Of a stretch of DNA of 64,000 nucleotides, positions 51,921-63,324 are shown piece after piece. Position numbers and translations under genes: made by a program. Source of the DNA: Tricharina praecox (lineage: Eukaryota). Each line of letters begins with the position of its first letter. Position 1 is the stretch's first letter. The stretch is from contig NW_026250418.1 of the NCBI RefSeq assembly GCF_024521635.1, forward strand, positions 434,001 through 498,000. Direction: 5' to 3'. The notes beneath the pieces are model-generated. The model worked only from the letters and a program-made list of their open reading frames with translations, was not told the origin of the DNA and made no database searches.

Positions 51921-53703
51921 TAATTCTTATATAAGCCAGTCATAAGCACGTGCAACCCCGTAGGGTTTCTATAAGGGGAATGCCAAAATAAGGCATATGT
52001 TCCCATAACTCTAGAATTCTCATGGCTCCTACATATTGCCGGCCCAACAGAAACCACTGTTCATAAATCAGCCTTCTCACCTTGTGAGACTTAGGCCATC
52101 CTAAGGGATATGTAGTCAGTGTTGACATGCACAGCCCTGACGTATGATAATGACTGTGAGACTAGCAGGTTTTGGGAAGCATTATAAGCTATCTCGGCCT
52201 GATCCAAGAAAACCCTTCGAGCGCCACAGGCTTGATTTCTTCACAAGCATGATATAAGCGTTTAATGAGCTTATTCGAAACCATGGGTTCTATCGCCTTT
52301 ACGGATCCATGGCGCATATGCGAAAATCAGACTGCTTGACACGGAACTTCTTACATCGGCCTTATGTTCATCTAGCACTGGCGCTCCGAGTAAGGGATGT
52401 CGTCACTAAGTATGCACTCCCAACTTTTTCATGCCGTCGACCCCCCACAACCCTCCCCACTACACTACCTACACTACAACTCCTCCTCCCGCCGGCAGCT
52501 CCCCCCATTACTTCCTCATCTCGCTGACAATTCCTCTTCCCGCTGGCAGCTCCCCCATCACTTCCCATCTCGCAGACAGCTCCCCCACCACTTCCTCATC
52601 GCGCTGACTACTCCTCCTGCCACAGACAGCTCCCCCACTACTTCCTCATCTCGCTGGCAGTTCCCCCATCACTTCCCATCTCGCTGACTACTCCTCCTCC
52701 TACAGACAGCTCCTCCATCACTTCCTCATCTCGCTGACTACTCCTCCTCCCATAGACAGCTCCTCCATCACTTCCTCATCTCGCAGACAGCTCCTCCTCT
52801 CGCTGGCATCCCTCCTCTCGCCTACTATAGCTCCTCCATCACTTCTTTCACTTTAGGTACTACTAATTCGCTGCGCCGCCAGCGCTGTATCCGCTGCGAG
52901 AAGACATTTTTGCAGACGGCTCTTTTGCTAACACCTCTAGGCTGGGGCGGGTAGAGAGGAACACACACAGAATGAAGAGGAGGTAGGGGTTGATCGTCTA
53001 TTCCGTTATGATGAGGAGAGAGAGAGGCCTCTCGAGAAGCTTCCCAGGTTCGTTCCTTCCTCATTGGCTGCCCTAACTATCCTCACTAGCTATTACATCT
53101 GATCCTTTCGCCGACAGCTACTAGGTTACCATCCCGCGGCCCGCCGCAGCACTGCCCACACATCGTCAACGCTGGACTCGGTAAGCTCGATCAGGGTGAT
53201 GGTAAAGCAGCTTACTGCTTGTAGTAGGTGGAGTGGGAGGCGGTACAAAATTTGTGAATCTAGTATATATACTCACAGGATAGTGTGGGCTGGGCTGGTG
53301 AGTGGGGGAGGATATGGGAAGGGGGCAGGGAGGGAGGGAGCGGGGAAGGAGTAGTTTAGGTATATAAATAATAAAGGTACGGAAGAAGAGCATCGCCAAG
53401 TGAAGACCATTGATAAGTGAAGAGCATTGATAAGTGAGAAGTATCGCATGGCGTAAAGCTTGATGCAGAAAAAGTCCTTATGAGCGTATAAGCCTTACTA
53501 TCCCTTATTTATTGAAATGACTTATGGCATCCTTATAGAGCCTTATGAGCTCACAAGGTTTGCGGTGAGTAAGCCTTGCAGAAAGCTTTGGAGTCGCGAA
53601 TCATTTTCACAGCGCCAGGATTGAGGAAGGATTATTCAACAAAATGCCCTGGAATCTGAAAACCCTGACCAAACATTTTTTATGAATAGGCTTATTGAGA
53701 ATT
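51921..53703. mobile_element. Possible degenerate non-autonomous element with imperfect inverted ends and an internal minisatellite
   Basis: AT-rich ATAAG/CTTAT-enriched flanks; aattcttatataagccagtcataa (51922) resembles the reverse complement of 53680-53703 (aattctcaataagcctattcataa). No transposase ORF or TSD seen. Confidence 0.3.
52478..52845. repeat. Compound minisatellite of 50-nt and about 30-nt related units (core cagctccyccaycacttcctcatctcgc)
   Basis: Near-identical 50-nt units start at 52681 and 52731; shorter variants are interleaved. Confidence 0.88.
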
Positions 53704-54316
53704 TATACAAATATAAGTATAAATATTTTCATGCGGGTTGTGTCAAAATCGTGCCCATACCAGGCTGCCACAAGCTTGATGACTTTATTGCCTGGCTCTA
53801 TATGGTATGTATGTGGTTGCACCTTTATGTAGGCCTCCCGCGTCGTTGGAGCATCGTTGGAGCCCAACTGCCAACATGATCGATCGGAGCCGACAAATCT
53901 GTCGGGGTTATGTAAGTCTGGACTCTGATGGTGATGACCACAGCCTCCGAGACTGAGGATACAAACCACACATGTAATACCACGATACATCTAGTGCCAT
54001 TCACAATTCTCCAGTACTTACGTAGGTGCGCCAAACATCGTCGCCTGAAGGCTGGCTCCTGGCCACGGCCTACGCGTGCAGCAGTAGCACTGGAGGTCAA
54101 GTAATCCTCATACCTACCGTATCCCGCGCCCGGCGAAGGGGGACTACCTAGTGATTGATACACCGCTTATCTACCTATAGTATGCATGAGTTCGCCGGAT
54201 CGGCGGAACTTACTCACCGAACAGATGAACTGATGAATAGAACCACACCATCGCCTTGCACAGTGCAGCCGGCCGACTGGAAGTCTGAAAGCTATCGTAC
54301 AAAACGGCATCCTGCC

Positions 54317-54362
54317 CATCGGACATCGGACATCGGACATCGGACATCGGACATCGGACATC
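54317..54362. repeat. 7-nt tandem repeat (catcgga) x6
   Basis: Directly visible. Confidence 0.92.
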
Positions 54363-55257
54363 CCGCTGGTCTTTCCGGCTATCCTTGGGAGCTCCGAGCA
54401 ACTACGCACATGGATTCGTGCATCTCCTCCGCAAAGGACCCAAACTGACAACAACACCGCCGCCGCCTCGCAGGACGGCGGGGCGAGTTTGTTGCTCTGC
54501 CAGAGGGAGTGAAGGAGAGGTTCTTTCAGTACCTGGATTATTATCTGAAGCCGGAACATGAAGAGTTCACGAGGTGGTTTTATTGGGGGTGGCTGGAGCG
54601 GGGGATCAGCGAGGGGACGCTGCAGCTGGCGAGGGTAGAGGTCGTGCCTGGGGATTGTAGGAGGCGGAGGAGGCGCTGAGGACGTTGCAGGCTTGCAGCG
54701 TGGGGTCTGTGATGTTAAGTTGATCATTGGACCAGTGGCCGAGTAGCGGCGGGGAGCCATGATGGTCTACAGCAGATGGCACGAGTTGGAAAATTCCTCG
54801 TTGGGGGGCTGCATGTGTTTATGCCTTGCTTCCTAAGATTCATCTCGCACTCTGATATCATGCATGTTCGGTGGTCCTTATGGACTGTGTATTGGAAAAG
54901 AGCAAGAAGCGCAAACTCTCTATTTCATATTGGAGAACTCGCGGTGAGAGGGTAGGCGGTTACATAAGACTATGCCTCTCAAATTCGCTTAGTCCCACGC
55001 CTTTTCGTGCAGCAGCCACGTTGGGATTGAACTCGATGCCCGGAAGCCCTCCCCCCGAAGCCACTCACTGTGAGTAATGCCCAAAGCCCGGAAGAGACGG
55101 TGGAACCAAGATGCCCGTAAACAAAGCATTTGAAAGTGAAGTAGGAGTGACGGATTTTGGGTGGACGGCTCCATCTCTCTCGAACCATATCCTCTCGTCC
55201 CATACCCCAGCCCTTCCGTACCAAACCACGCAGCGGCAGAAACGGGGAAGTGGGGCA

Positions 55258-55849
55258 TTACTGCGCCTCCCCGGCACCAGCCGCCATGTCCCCGCCGTCT
55301 GCACTGCCTACGCCGCCCAGCGGCTTCGGCGGCAGGAGGCGTTTTACCGTCGCCAGGATCTCAACCTGCACGCTCTCATCGAACCGCGTATCCATCTCCT
55401 CGACGATGCAGTCTAGCTCCGCGATCGTCTCGGGCCGCTCATTGACGATCTGCAGCAGCTCACCCTTTTCTAGCGGCCATGCGCTCACCGCCTCCATGAA
55501 CGTCGAGATCTGCCCGTCGGTTTGCGATGCGCACGGCGATACGAGGAGGTAGTCGCGGACCTGGGAGGGCGGGGGCCCGCGGGTTAGCGATCGACCGGCT
55601 GACTGCGAATGTGGGACGGGATCGATACACACTTCTTTCATCACGGTCTCGAGGTTTTCGGCCTTCATTGCGTGTGCGCCGCCGACGCGGTGGTGTATCT
55701 CGGTGTAGCGCGCTTTCATCGCAGTAATGTGCACGAGGACTTCGTGGTTGCTGAGCATTCCGACGCGGGGGTTGAGAATCTGTGTTCGGCAGGCCAGGTC
55801 AGTTACGTGCCGTGAGGGAGCGCCGGAGTGCAAGCCCCCCTACCTTCAT
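55258..55849 (-). CDS. RPC17: RNA polymerase III subunit C17/RPC9 (Rpb4 family), 3 exons
   Basis: MK|ILNPRVGMLSNHEVL; ENLETVMKE|VRDYL; LEKGELLQIVNERPETIAELDCIVEEMDTRF. Confidence 0.92.
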
Positions 55850-57644
55850 GGCGGATGCGTTGCTGTGAGTGTGCTCAGTTGTTTGGTAAGGATTTTGTTG
55901 CTGTTGTTGTGTCTGTCACGGCGGGAGTGTGTGAGGAATCAGAGTCAATGATGGTGTAGCGTTAAACGCGGTGGAAACTAGGTGGAAACTAGGTGGAAAC
56001 CTTACCCACGGCGCACGCACTCCTGCCGGTCCTATTTTTGTTTCGCTCGCTTGATCAACTTCCAAGCTTTGGTTAGTCCGCATGGTGGGGTCCAGATCAC
56101 AAAATCACAGTGTCGGCGGAGCGATAAATGATGCGACGAGGCTGGAGATCCACGTTCTCCACCGGCGAGGCCATTGATGTGTATGATCCGAAGGTAAATG
56201 TGACGTTGAGAGAACAAATATTCCTGGACACTGGGGAGCGGGGGAGAGGGAGGAACAGCTCGAATCATAACGTATGGAACGCAAGTGCAGGAACCAGACC
56301 CCCGGCAGGAAAAAGCATTGGGCGACACCTCAATGCAGGGAAGACATCGGCAACCGCGGCGGGAATGAGTTCGTTAAGCGCACATTGCATTCCGTCGCTG
56401 CCGCCAATAGGGCGCCCCCACAGTGCGTATGTATGGTCACTACATACGCGAGGTTAGCACGGGTGGTGAACGAGACATGCGGTTAGTGATGCGCGGGGCC
56501 CACCTAGATGTAGATGTAGATGCCATTGGTCTTGGGAACTGGGAGGGCGGGAACGCCTCAATTCATCCTATTCCTCATCACCCTACCGGTATTTGCACAT
56601 CAACAGTGGACTTAGATAAGCTCATGTCTGGGAACCCGCACGGATGCAATCCCATTTGGTGGTGCCTGGCTTCGTGATGTACACTGATCACCAAACTGGT
56701 CCTCTCACGCCGATGTTGCAGGTGAAATGAAACAAGAGAAGTTCCTACATAGGCTAGGTAGTGTGGCGGAGCGATGTAGGAGCTGTCGGCGAGAGGAGGA
56801 AGTGAAGGAGGACACCTGTCGGCGGGAGAAAACCAATGTGGTTAGCAGTGGGCATCAACGTTGGTCGGAATCGACATTGGCAGGCAGCAGTGGCGGGGTC
56901 TTCTTCTTCTTCTTTTTCATCATCATCTATCGAATACCTAGACGGTCAACCCCCCATTGGTGCCGTATCAATTGGCTAGCGACAGTAAGAAGGACAAGGA
57001 GAATACATCGTTAGTCATGAGAGTGATACTTCTTCACACCAGAAACAAAGGTAGAGTACAGCAGAAAGACAAGATCCAAAGAAAGGTGTAGAGACTGACA
57101 GGGGCAGGGGGAAAGCAAGCAGAAGAAGAACCCCAAAAAACTGCCTTGGCATCATGCTCTGAGCGTCTCGGTTTCAGACAGCCAGGAAGATCTAACGGGG
57201 GTATATTGCGCTTGAAAAGGAAGCTCCCGCCAACCGAGGCATCGTCTTTGGCGCCCGAATGAGGCGTTAGCCGCCAAACATATCGAAACCAAAGCACTGA
57301 AACAAAATAGAAGAACAATTATGGTAGTCGAGGATAAGACGGATCACTCTGCCGGGTGATGAACCGGCCCGCCCCACAACATCTCACGACCCACGTGCGA
57401 CTCCGCAACCGCCATACTTCGGGCTTACCTTAAAAATTAATCAGGAAAATAGCTAAAACAAGTGGGCAGCTTGCATATTTTGAGATAATTATGACTGAAA
57501 ACATGAAAGGTGAGAGAAAGTGAAGCCCCCTGAGAAACAGAGAATGTGGAAGACACGTGTGACCGGCGTGCAGACTCATCCTATTTGGGAAAGTATGACA
57601 AAGGAAACAGCCCCCCATATGGTCTGGCCCACCCTGACAGGGCG

Positions 57645-58970
57645 TCAATTGGCGCCATTGATATCATCAATGTAGTTCATGATTTCCTCCAAGCCCCGGA
57701 CTTCTCCGATTTCAGGCTCTAAGAGCCGTCCGGATCCCATAGTGTGGAGGATCCTACTACCGACACCACAGACGAGGGCATTCTCCGCTCCATCCGCATC
57801 CCTCCTGATGAATATATCTGAGACGCACGCATCCGACCACGCCACACCAACTCTCTGGGTGATCTCAGCCGCTTCGACGATCTGCCGCTTCCATTTCTGT
57901 CTGGTGGCCCGGTCCTTCTCCGTCGGATCGATTGCGTCCAGAAATTCGCCCTCGACGTACTCCCGTAGGAGTCCGTCGATCCTTCCATCTCCTTCCTCGG
58001 ACTCGGCCAAACCCGCCAGAACCGGGAATCGCGGCGAACCCTGGAGCTTGACGAGATTGTCGACGAGCCGGATAAAGTACTGGGTGTCAAAGAAGCCCTG
58101 CAGCGACTTGAAGAGGTATCGCGAGCCGCCAGCGATGACGAGATTGCCGAGCCGCCCGTGCACCAATGGGCCCAGGGTGACATGTGTGGGGCCAAACACT
58201 GCAAGGCTCGGCCAGGTGTTCGGCAGAGGGTCGTATCGGGGCCATCTGAGCGTTTCGAGGTGTTCCTTGGTCGCAATCGTGCCATCCACCGTGAAGACGT
58301 GGAGCTTGACAAGAGTCTTCTTCCGTCCGTGGGGGAAGGGTGAGCCCCTCCTGGCAATGAGGTTCGGAGTCGTTGCCCCCGACGTCATCTGCCGCATCTG
58401 CGAGAGATAGTCCGCTTTGACCACGGGATGCCAAAGATGTTCCAGGTCGCGCCAGGCCCTCCATATAGCGTCTTCGCGGCCGTCGTCGTTTAGGTCGCGG
58501 CTCATGGAGGCTTTGCATTCTAGTAGGAGCGTCTTCTCAATACAGGAAGCCGTCTCGTCACTGCACGTAATGAGGATGTGGTAGCGCATGGTGCCGTAGT
58601 CGCAGAGCTCGTGGAGAGCGTAGTAGCCCCCGCCGGGAGATGAAGAGTGAAACGTGAAGAGCTCCGATGTGAGTGGACGGATATCCATGTCCAACTGGCT
58701 ATGGTCAATCGGAATCTTTTGGAGCAAGTCGTAATCTGCGCTGCCGATGGTTCTGGCCATTACGCTCCGTATGTCCCGCCTAAGAGCCTTCTCTTCTCGG
58801 ACGCTGCCGCTAGTGCCGAAATTGAGTCTTTGGATAGGAAGATTGTTGTAGATGAGAACTATGGGCGGAATATTTGGACCGCCGGGTAGACACCGCCGAG
58901 AGTGTTCAGATGGAAGGGATTGTTTTCGTTTGCCAGCTAACCTGGATACAACAGTGGGGGATGGCCCCAT
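57645..58970 (-). CDS. Intronless 441-aa protein with C-terminal kinase-like fold, probable pseudokinase
   Basis: YLFKSL (VAIK-like), LLREYVEG hinge, KWKRQIVEAAE helix; catalytic-loop position reads WSDACVSD and DFG position reads CGV. Confidence 0.7.
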   Translation of the reverse strand: MGPSPTVVSRLAGKRKQSLPSEHSRRCLPGGPNIPPIVLIYNNLPIQRLNFGTSGSVREEKALRRDIRSVMARTIGSADYDLLQKIPIDHSQLDMDIRPLTSELFTFHSSSPGGGYYALHELCDYGTMRYHILITCSDETASCIEKTLLLECKASMSRDLNDDGREDAIWRAWRDLEHLWHPVVKADYLSQMRQMTSGATTPNLIARRGSPFPHGRKKTLVKLHVFTVDGTIATKEHLETLRWPRYDPLPNTWPSLAVFGPTHVTLGPLVHGRLGNLVIAGGSRYLFKSLQGFFDTQYFIRLVDNLVKLQGSPRFPVLAGLAESEEGDGRIDGLLREYVEGEFLDAIDPTEKDRATRQKWKRQIVEAAEITQRVGVAWSDACVSDIFIRRDADGAENALVCGVGSRILHTMGSGRLLEPEIGEVRGLEEIMNYIDDINGAN

Positions 58971-61108
58971 TTTGATACCTCAGGATACATACTTGACCAG
59001 CCAACCGATCAACAATCCATAGGACTGCTGATTCCGGTGATGAAGAAACGCCCAACGCAGCTGTACGGCACGGCAGTCGGGCGAGACGACGTGGGTACAC
59101 GCTGGCGGATGGACGAGTGAGAAGTTATGGTAGGGCGCTATTTGCGAGTTTTTTTTTGACAACCACACCACCAAACGCATCCATAATCAGTAATGGATTA
59201 CTCCCCGCTAATGCATTTACTCGGAAAAACAAAGCATAGGCCATCATAGCATGGACCGAATTTCCGGGCTCTTCTACGGCGCGCAAGACGACTGTCTCGG
59301 TCAACACGTATGTAGCTGTACAAACAAGCAACGCCATGTTCAGCCACAAACTCACGCGGCCTGGTGCCCACCGTACACACACTACTCTAGAGTCCGGCAT
59401 TCCGAGCGCAATATACTTTCCATGGGAACCTGGGGGATGCTGCTAGCTTTGTGTTTTGGAGAACAGCAATGCGTACCAGGATTAACGTCCAGGCTAGGCA
59501 TAAGTTCCAACAAGCCCTACAAATGTCGCACGATGCGTGGCTATCTCCAGAAGAATAGCTACCACGATCGATCTTCCGGCTGCGAGGTCAGCATGAACGG
59601 AGTGAACTGTCAAGCGGCAGATTCATTGAAAAATCCTTCCGGTCCTCCCCAACGGATTTCGCTGGCGCACACGGCTGCTGCAGTGCGAACATTCTCGACT
59701 TCCCCAAGCGGAACATTCTTCAGGGCCCCCGTTGCACATGACTCGGATATTTGGGGGTTTGCGGTCAGAAATTGCTTTACCGCACTTTTCCTTTGGCGAC
59801 AGCATTGAGTCGTCGCCTGTAGCGGGAGTCTCAGTGCTATTCTTGCACTTTATGCCCCGGATTTTGCGTTCTTCCCCGACGGAAAGAGAGAGCTCGGAAA
59901 TCCGGGACTCTGTTGATCCATTCCGTCTCACGGCGTTGGAGGATAGTTAGACCATGATGGTAACCAGAGACATCACCAGGAACGCGATGGTACGTACGAC
60001 CGACATTGATCGGTTCGAGCGATATCCGACGAAAAAAAGAAATTTGGACTTTCTAGAAGTAAATGCGAATCGGTTCAGCTGCACTCAATCCTTGCCGGGC
60101 ATTACAACCGATCGTCATGCATCACCCTACCTACTGTATAGTAGCACTCTGATCAACTCCTACCGTCAAAAGTATGGATCACCACACGACTGGTTGATGA
60201 AGCGACGCGCACGAGGTTGGGAGTCAGGACTCAAACTCCTTTTGGCGGATCAATGGGTACGGGTGGGGGTTTCCATGCGTTCCATGGGTGGTCACTCGTG
60301 TCTCGGATCCAGTTCGCTTTTAGAATCCCCCGCCATGCGCCGTGGAACCAGTAACCGATTGGGCAAACTAGGAGGGGACGGAAAAGATGTAGTTCGTTTG
60401 CAGGATTGGATTCGGTTGGATGTGATATGACGAACATGGTAAGAAAAGAAAAGAAAAGAAAAGAAAACATGCCGCCCATGCGAAAGAGCTAGAGTCAGAT
60501 CTCAATTCCACGACGGGTTCTGCCAGTGAGTAAAGTGTCGATCTCTTCCCAACTGGCTTTCAGGCGTTGGGTGAAGAATGGTAGTTACCTCATGCTGCAG
60601 TGCCAGTGCTTGTCGCATGGAAGAACCGCCGCTACCGATCGCTTATTTGCGACCCACGCACTAAACCCATGTGTGACGCCCCCCCTGATGTAACGATGCG
60701 GCGTCGGAATCTTAAAACTATACTTGTAAACACGATAACCCTCGGACCACTGCGCTTCAGCCGTCGGCTGACGCCAGACGTCCGGTTTCCGCGGGCCCCC
60801 GCGTTAGGCGAAACCAGTACACGTGTTATATCTCTCCGAGCGGTGAGGAGTGGGTTTCACTACATACCGTACCGTGGCAATGCTCAGCTAATTCTAGTTA
60901 AGCGATTGCTGGATTGAGCTTCCCCGCCCTCGTTTGTCCAGGAGCCCTACTATTTACTATTTGTTAGTAGCAGGATGGCAAGGCGAGGTCAGATATCTGC
61001 AGGCAGTCGTGGTGAATCGCGCGGTTAAGAGCAAGGAGAAAAATGAGAAGTCCCACATAACATTTGTTGTGTGCAGAGTTTGATCACTACCTCCCGACTG
61101 CTACCAGG

Positions 61109-61184
61109 TAGCTGGTCCAACAATCCTGCGGATAACGCCGTAATCACCAGCCACGAACTGTCCGCAGAATTGTTGGATCAGCTA
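61109..61184. repeat. 24-bp inverted repeat (hairpin) with 28-nt spacer and TA at both ends
   Basis: tagctggtccaacaatcctgcgga ... tccgcagaattgttggatcagcta, 22/24 complementary. Confidence 0.85.
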
Positions 61185-62094
61185 TGTAACTAGTAAACAT
61201 CAGATACGCAGCGCCATAAGTTAGTATGCACGGATAGGTGATGACATCTCTCTGCCTTTAACGGAGAAGTAGCCTCCCGGCTATGGCTCTATTCCATCTG
61301 AAAAAATTGTATCTTACTCTACCTAATCACTGACTGGACTAAGTGGCCCACCGAACGTGGCTGACCGATAACCCTAACTATGTACACTGGTGTAAGGGTA
61401 AATGCTGCCTCACCAGTTTTTCCCCCATACGACTTAGCGTTTCTTGCCCATGCAACTTAGTCACATCCACTCACTCATTTGATTGTATATGGCTTAGTGC
61501 GCTTCTAACATAGACTAGTGCTTATAATTCGTAATGGTGGTGAGGCACCACTTATCGGCAGCTCCTAGTACGTAGTGGTGGATGCAGTGTACAGCTCACT
61601 ATTCATTGGGCCGGATAGGAATATCCAAGACTACCGGTGAACGTGGTAGGGTATGGGTACACATGGCCTGCGTTTAGTTACGGTCATTCCACCGAATGGA
61701 AGCCCACCGTCCGAAAGAAGCAATCTCCGAACACAGGCTTTGGTAGTGACATATCGAACCTCCCGTCCACCGTCAATGTCATTCCGTTCTTCTACACCGC
61801 GATGCTAAGACGGAGGTAATGGGGCGCAGCTCCAGCAGTTTTACTCTACAGAACAGCCTCTATGCATACCATATGCGAAAATTGCTTTTCGTGTTTGTGT
61901 GTGTGTGGCTCCCGAACTATGGATCATCCCGCACGACTCGCACTCTACGAGTGACATCTATGATGGCGATATGTATCGACCACTTCTACAGCAGCAGCAG
62001 TAAATAACAATAGGGGAGGACAGAAATGGTATTGGATTCAAGCATTCCCGAGGTAAACCCCCGACTCAATGCACCAGCCCTCTCGCCCAGCCAG

Positions 62095-62673
62095 CTAATG
62101 AACCATAAGGCTCAGATCCTTGAGCCACCACTCCCAGCTGCCTCCGGCCCTACCCATCACATCGTTTCCACAACCCATCCTAACCATCTTGACCATCGAG
62201 ATAACGGGGTCACATTTCATGCTGTTATTGGACTTGCCACACAGCGAGACATTGCCTCCCTTGTACTTCGCCAGCATGGTGCACTTGCTGCCGATCCCGT
62301 TGTACTGGTGCCAGCGACAGCCCTTGCCGCTCTACGCCTTCTTAAGAGTCTTGATGAGTCCGTCGATCTACGAATAAGTCGGGGAGGCCCACGAGGTCTT
62401 GCAGGTAAGCTGCTGGGCCTCGGGTCCCTGGAAGGGGTCGTCGGTATCGTTGGATGGAGTATTAATGGCGTCGTCGTCCCGGATCTTGAAGCGAGGGCTG
62501 TTGACCAGATTGATTCTCGTCTCGTCGGTCTTGGAGGTGATGCCGCCGGAAGGGTCGAAGGTGGACGGAACCGCAGAGGTGGTGCCGCTGGAGGGGCCGA
62601 AGGCGGTCGGAGCCGCCGAGGTGAAGACGGCGATCGTACAGAGGACCACCAAGATGTTGAGATAGATCTTCAT
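62095..62673 (-). pseudogene. Secreted Cys-rich protein gene (192 codons) interrupted by two in-frame TAG codons; pseudogene or editing-dependent gene
   Basis: ORFs 62368-62673 and 62095-62277 share one frame: ...CKTSWASPTYS*IDGLIKTLKKA*SGKGCRWHQYNGIGSKCTMLAKYKGGNVSLCG...; clear signal peptide. Confidence 0.75.
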
Positions 62674-63324
62674 GTTGACGTTGGAAGCTATATCGATGGT
62701 AGATAATGGTGGTGGGAAAAGGTTGTTTATGGTAGTAGATAGGGCTGATAGGGAAGAGAGGTGGGAGGGGGAGAGAGGGGAGAGGCGGAAGAAGGTACAT
62801 AAAAAGATCGCGGTTTAGAATGACTTATTCCAATCCAACTTCGAGTGCTGCCAGGAACAACATCATCGATATCACTCGCACAGCAACACCTAGCGTCGAC
62901 ACAGACGGCTACACGAGGGCAACTTAGGGTTGCCGTGAGTTAGGTGTAGTGCATCGAGAGGGCCAGGCACTTAATTTGCTTTCTTTCGGAGACGAGACAC
63001 AGCCAGGCTCAAAATTACCCGATACGGCAGAGACATCATCTATATGCAAGGCCAGTAATTTTAAGCTCAGAGCTCGAGTAGTATGTACTGTGGAAGTGCT
63101 GTTTGCTGTGACTGCTCACCGCCCCACCTTTGTCCTATAAAATTCGTTCTGCCCCTCCTTGCCGCTGAAGCAAACATCACCGCCAGCCAAGATATCACCA
63201 TCCCCCATCGCACTCCAACAAGCTCCACCCACACAAGCTTTCGATCACCAACCGGAGTCGACACCGACACCGATCTTTCGTTTCACTAGCCAACCATCAT
63301 TCTTCTTCTCCTCTCCACGCAACA

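Noticed and set aside
52478..52845. CRISPR-like or peptide-coding array
   Set aside because: No unique spacers, eukaryotic context, and a 50-nt unit is not a multiple of 3.
54167..54760. 197-aa Pro-rich minus-strand ORF
   Set aside because: Runs through a 7-nt tandem repeat and has no recognisable domain.
62332..62370. Genome-wide TAG reassignment as the explanation for the in-frame stops
   Set aside because: AGE2 and VPS27 end in TAG directly after their expected C-terminal motifs, so TAG is a normal stop.
62026..62706. 226-aa + strand ORF over the secreted-protein gene
   Set aside because: Antisense shadow; the minus frame has the signal peptide and Cys pattern.
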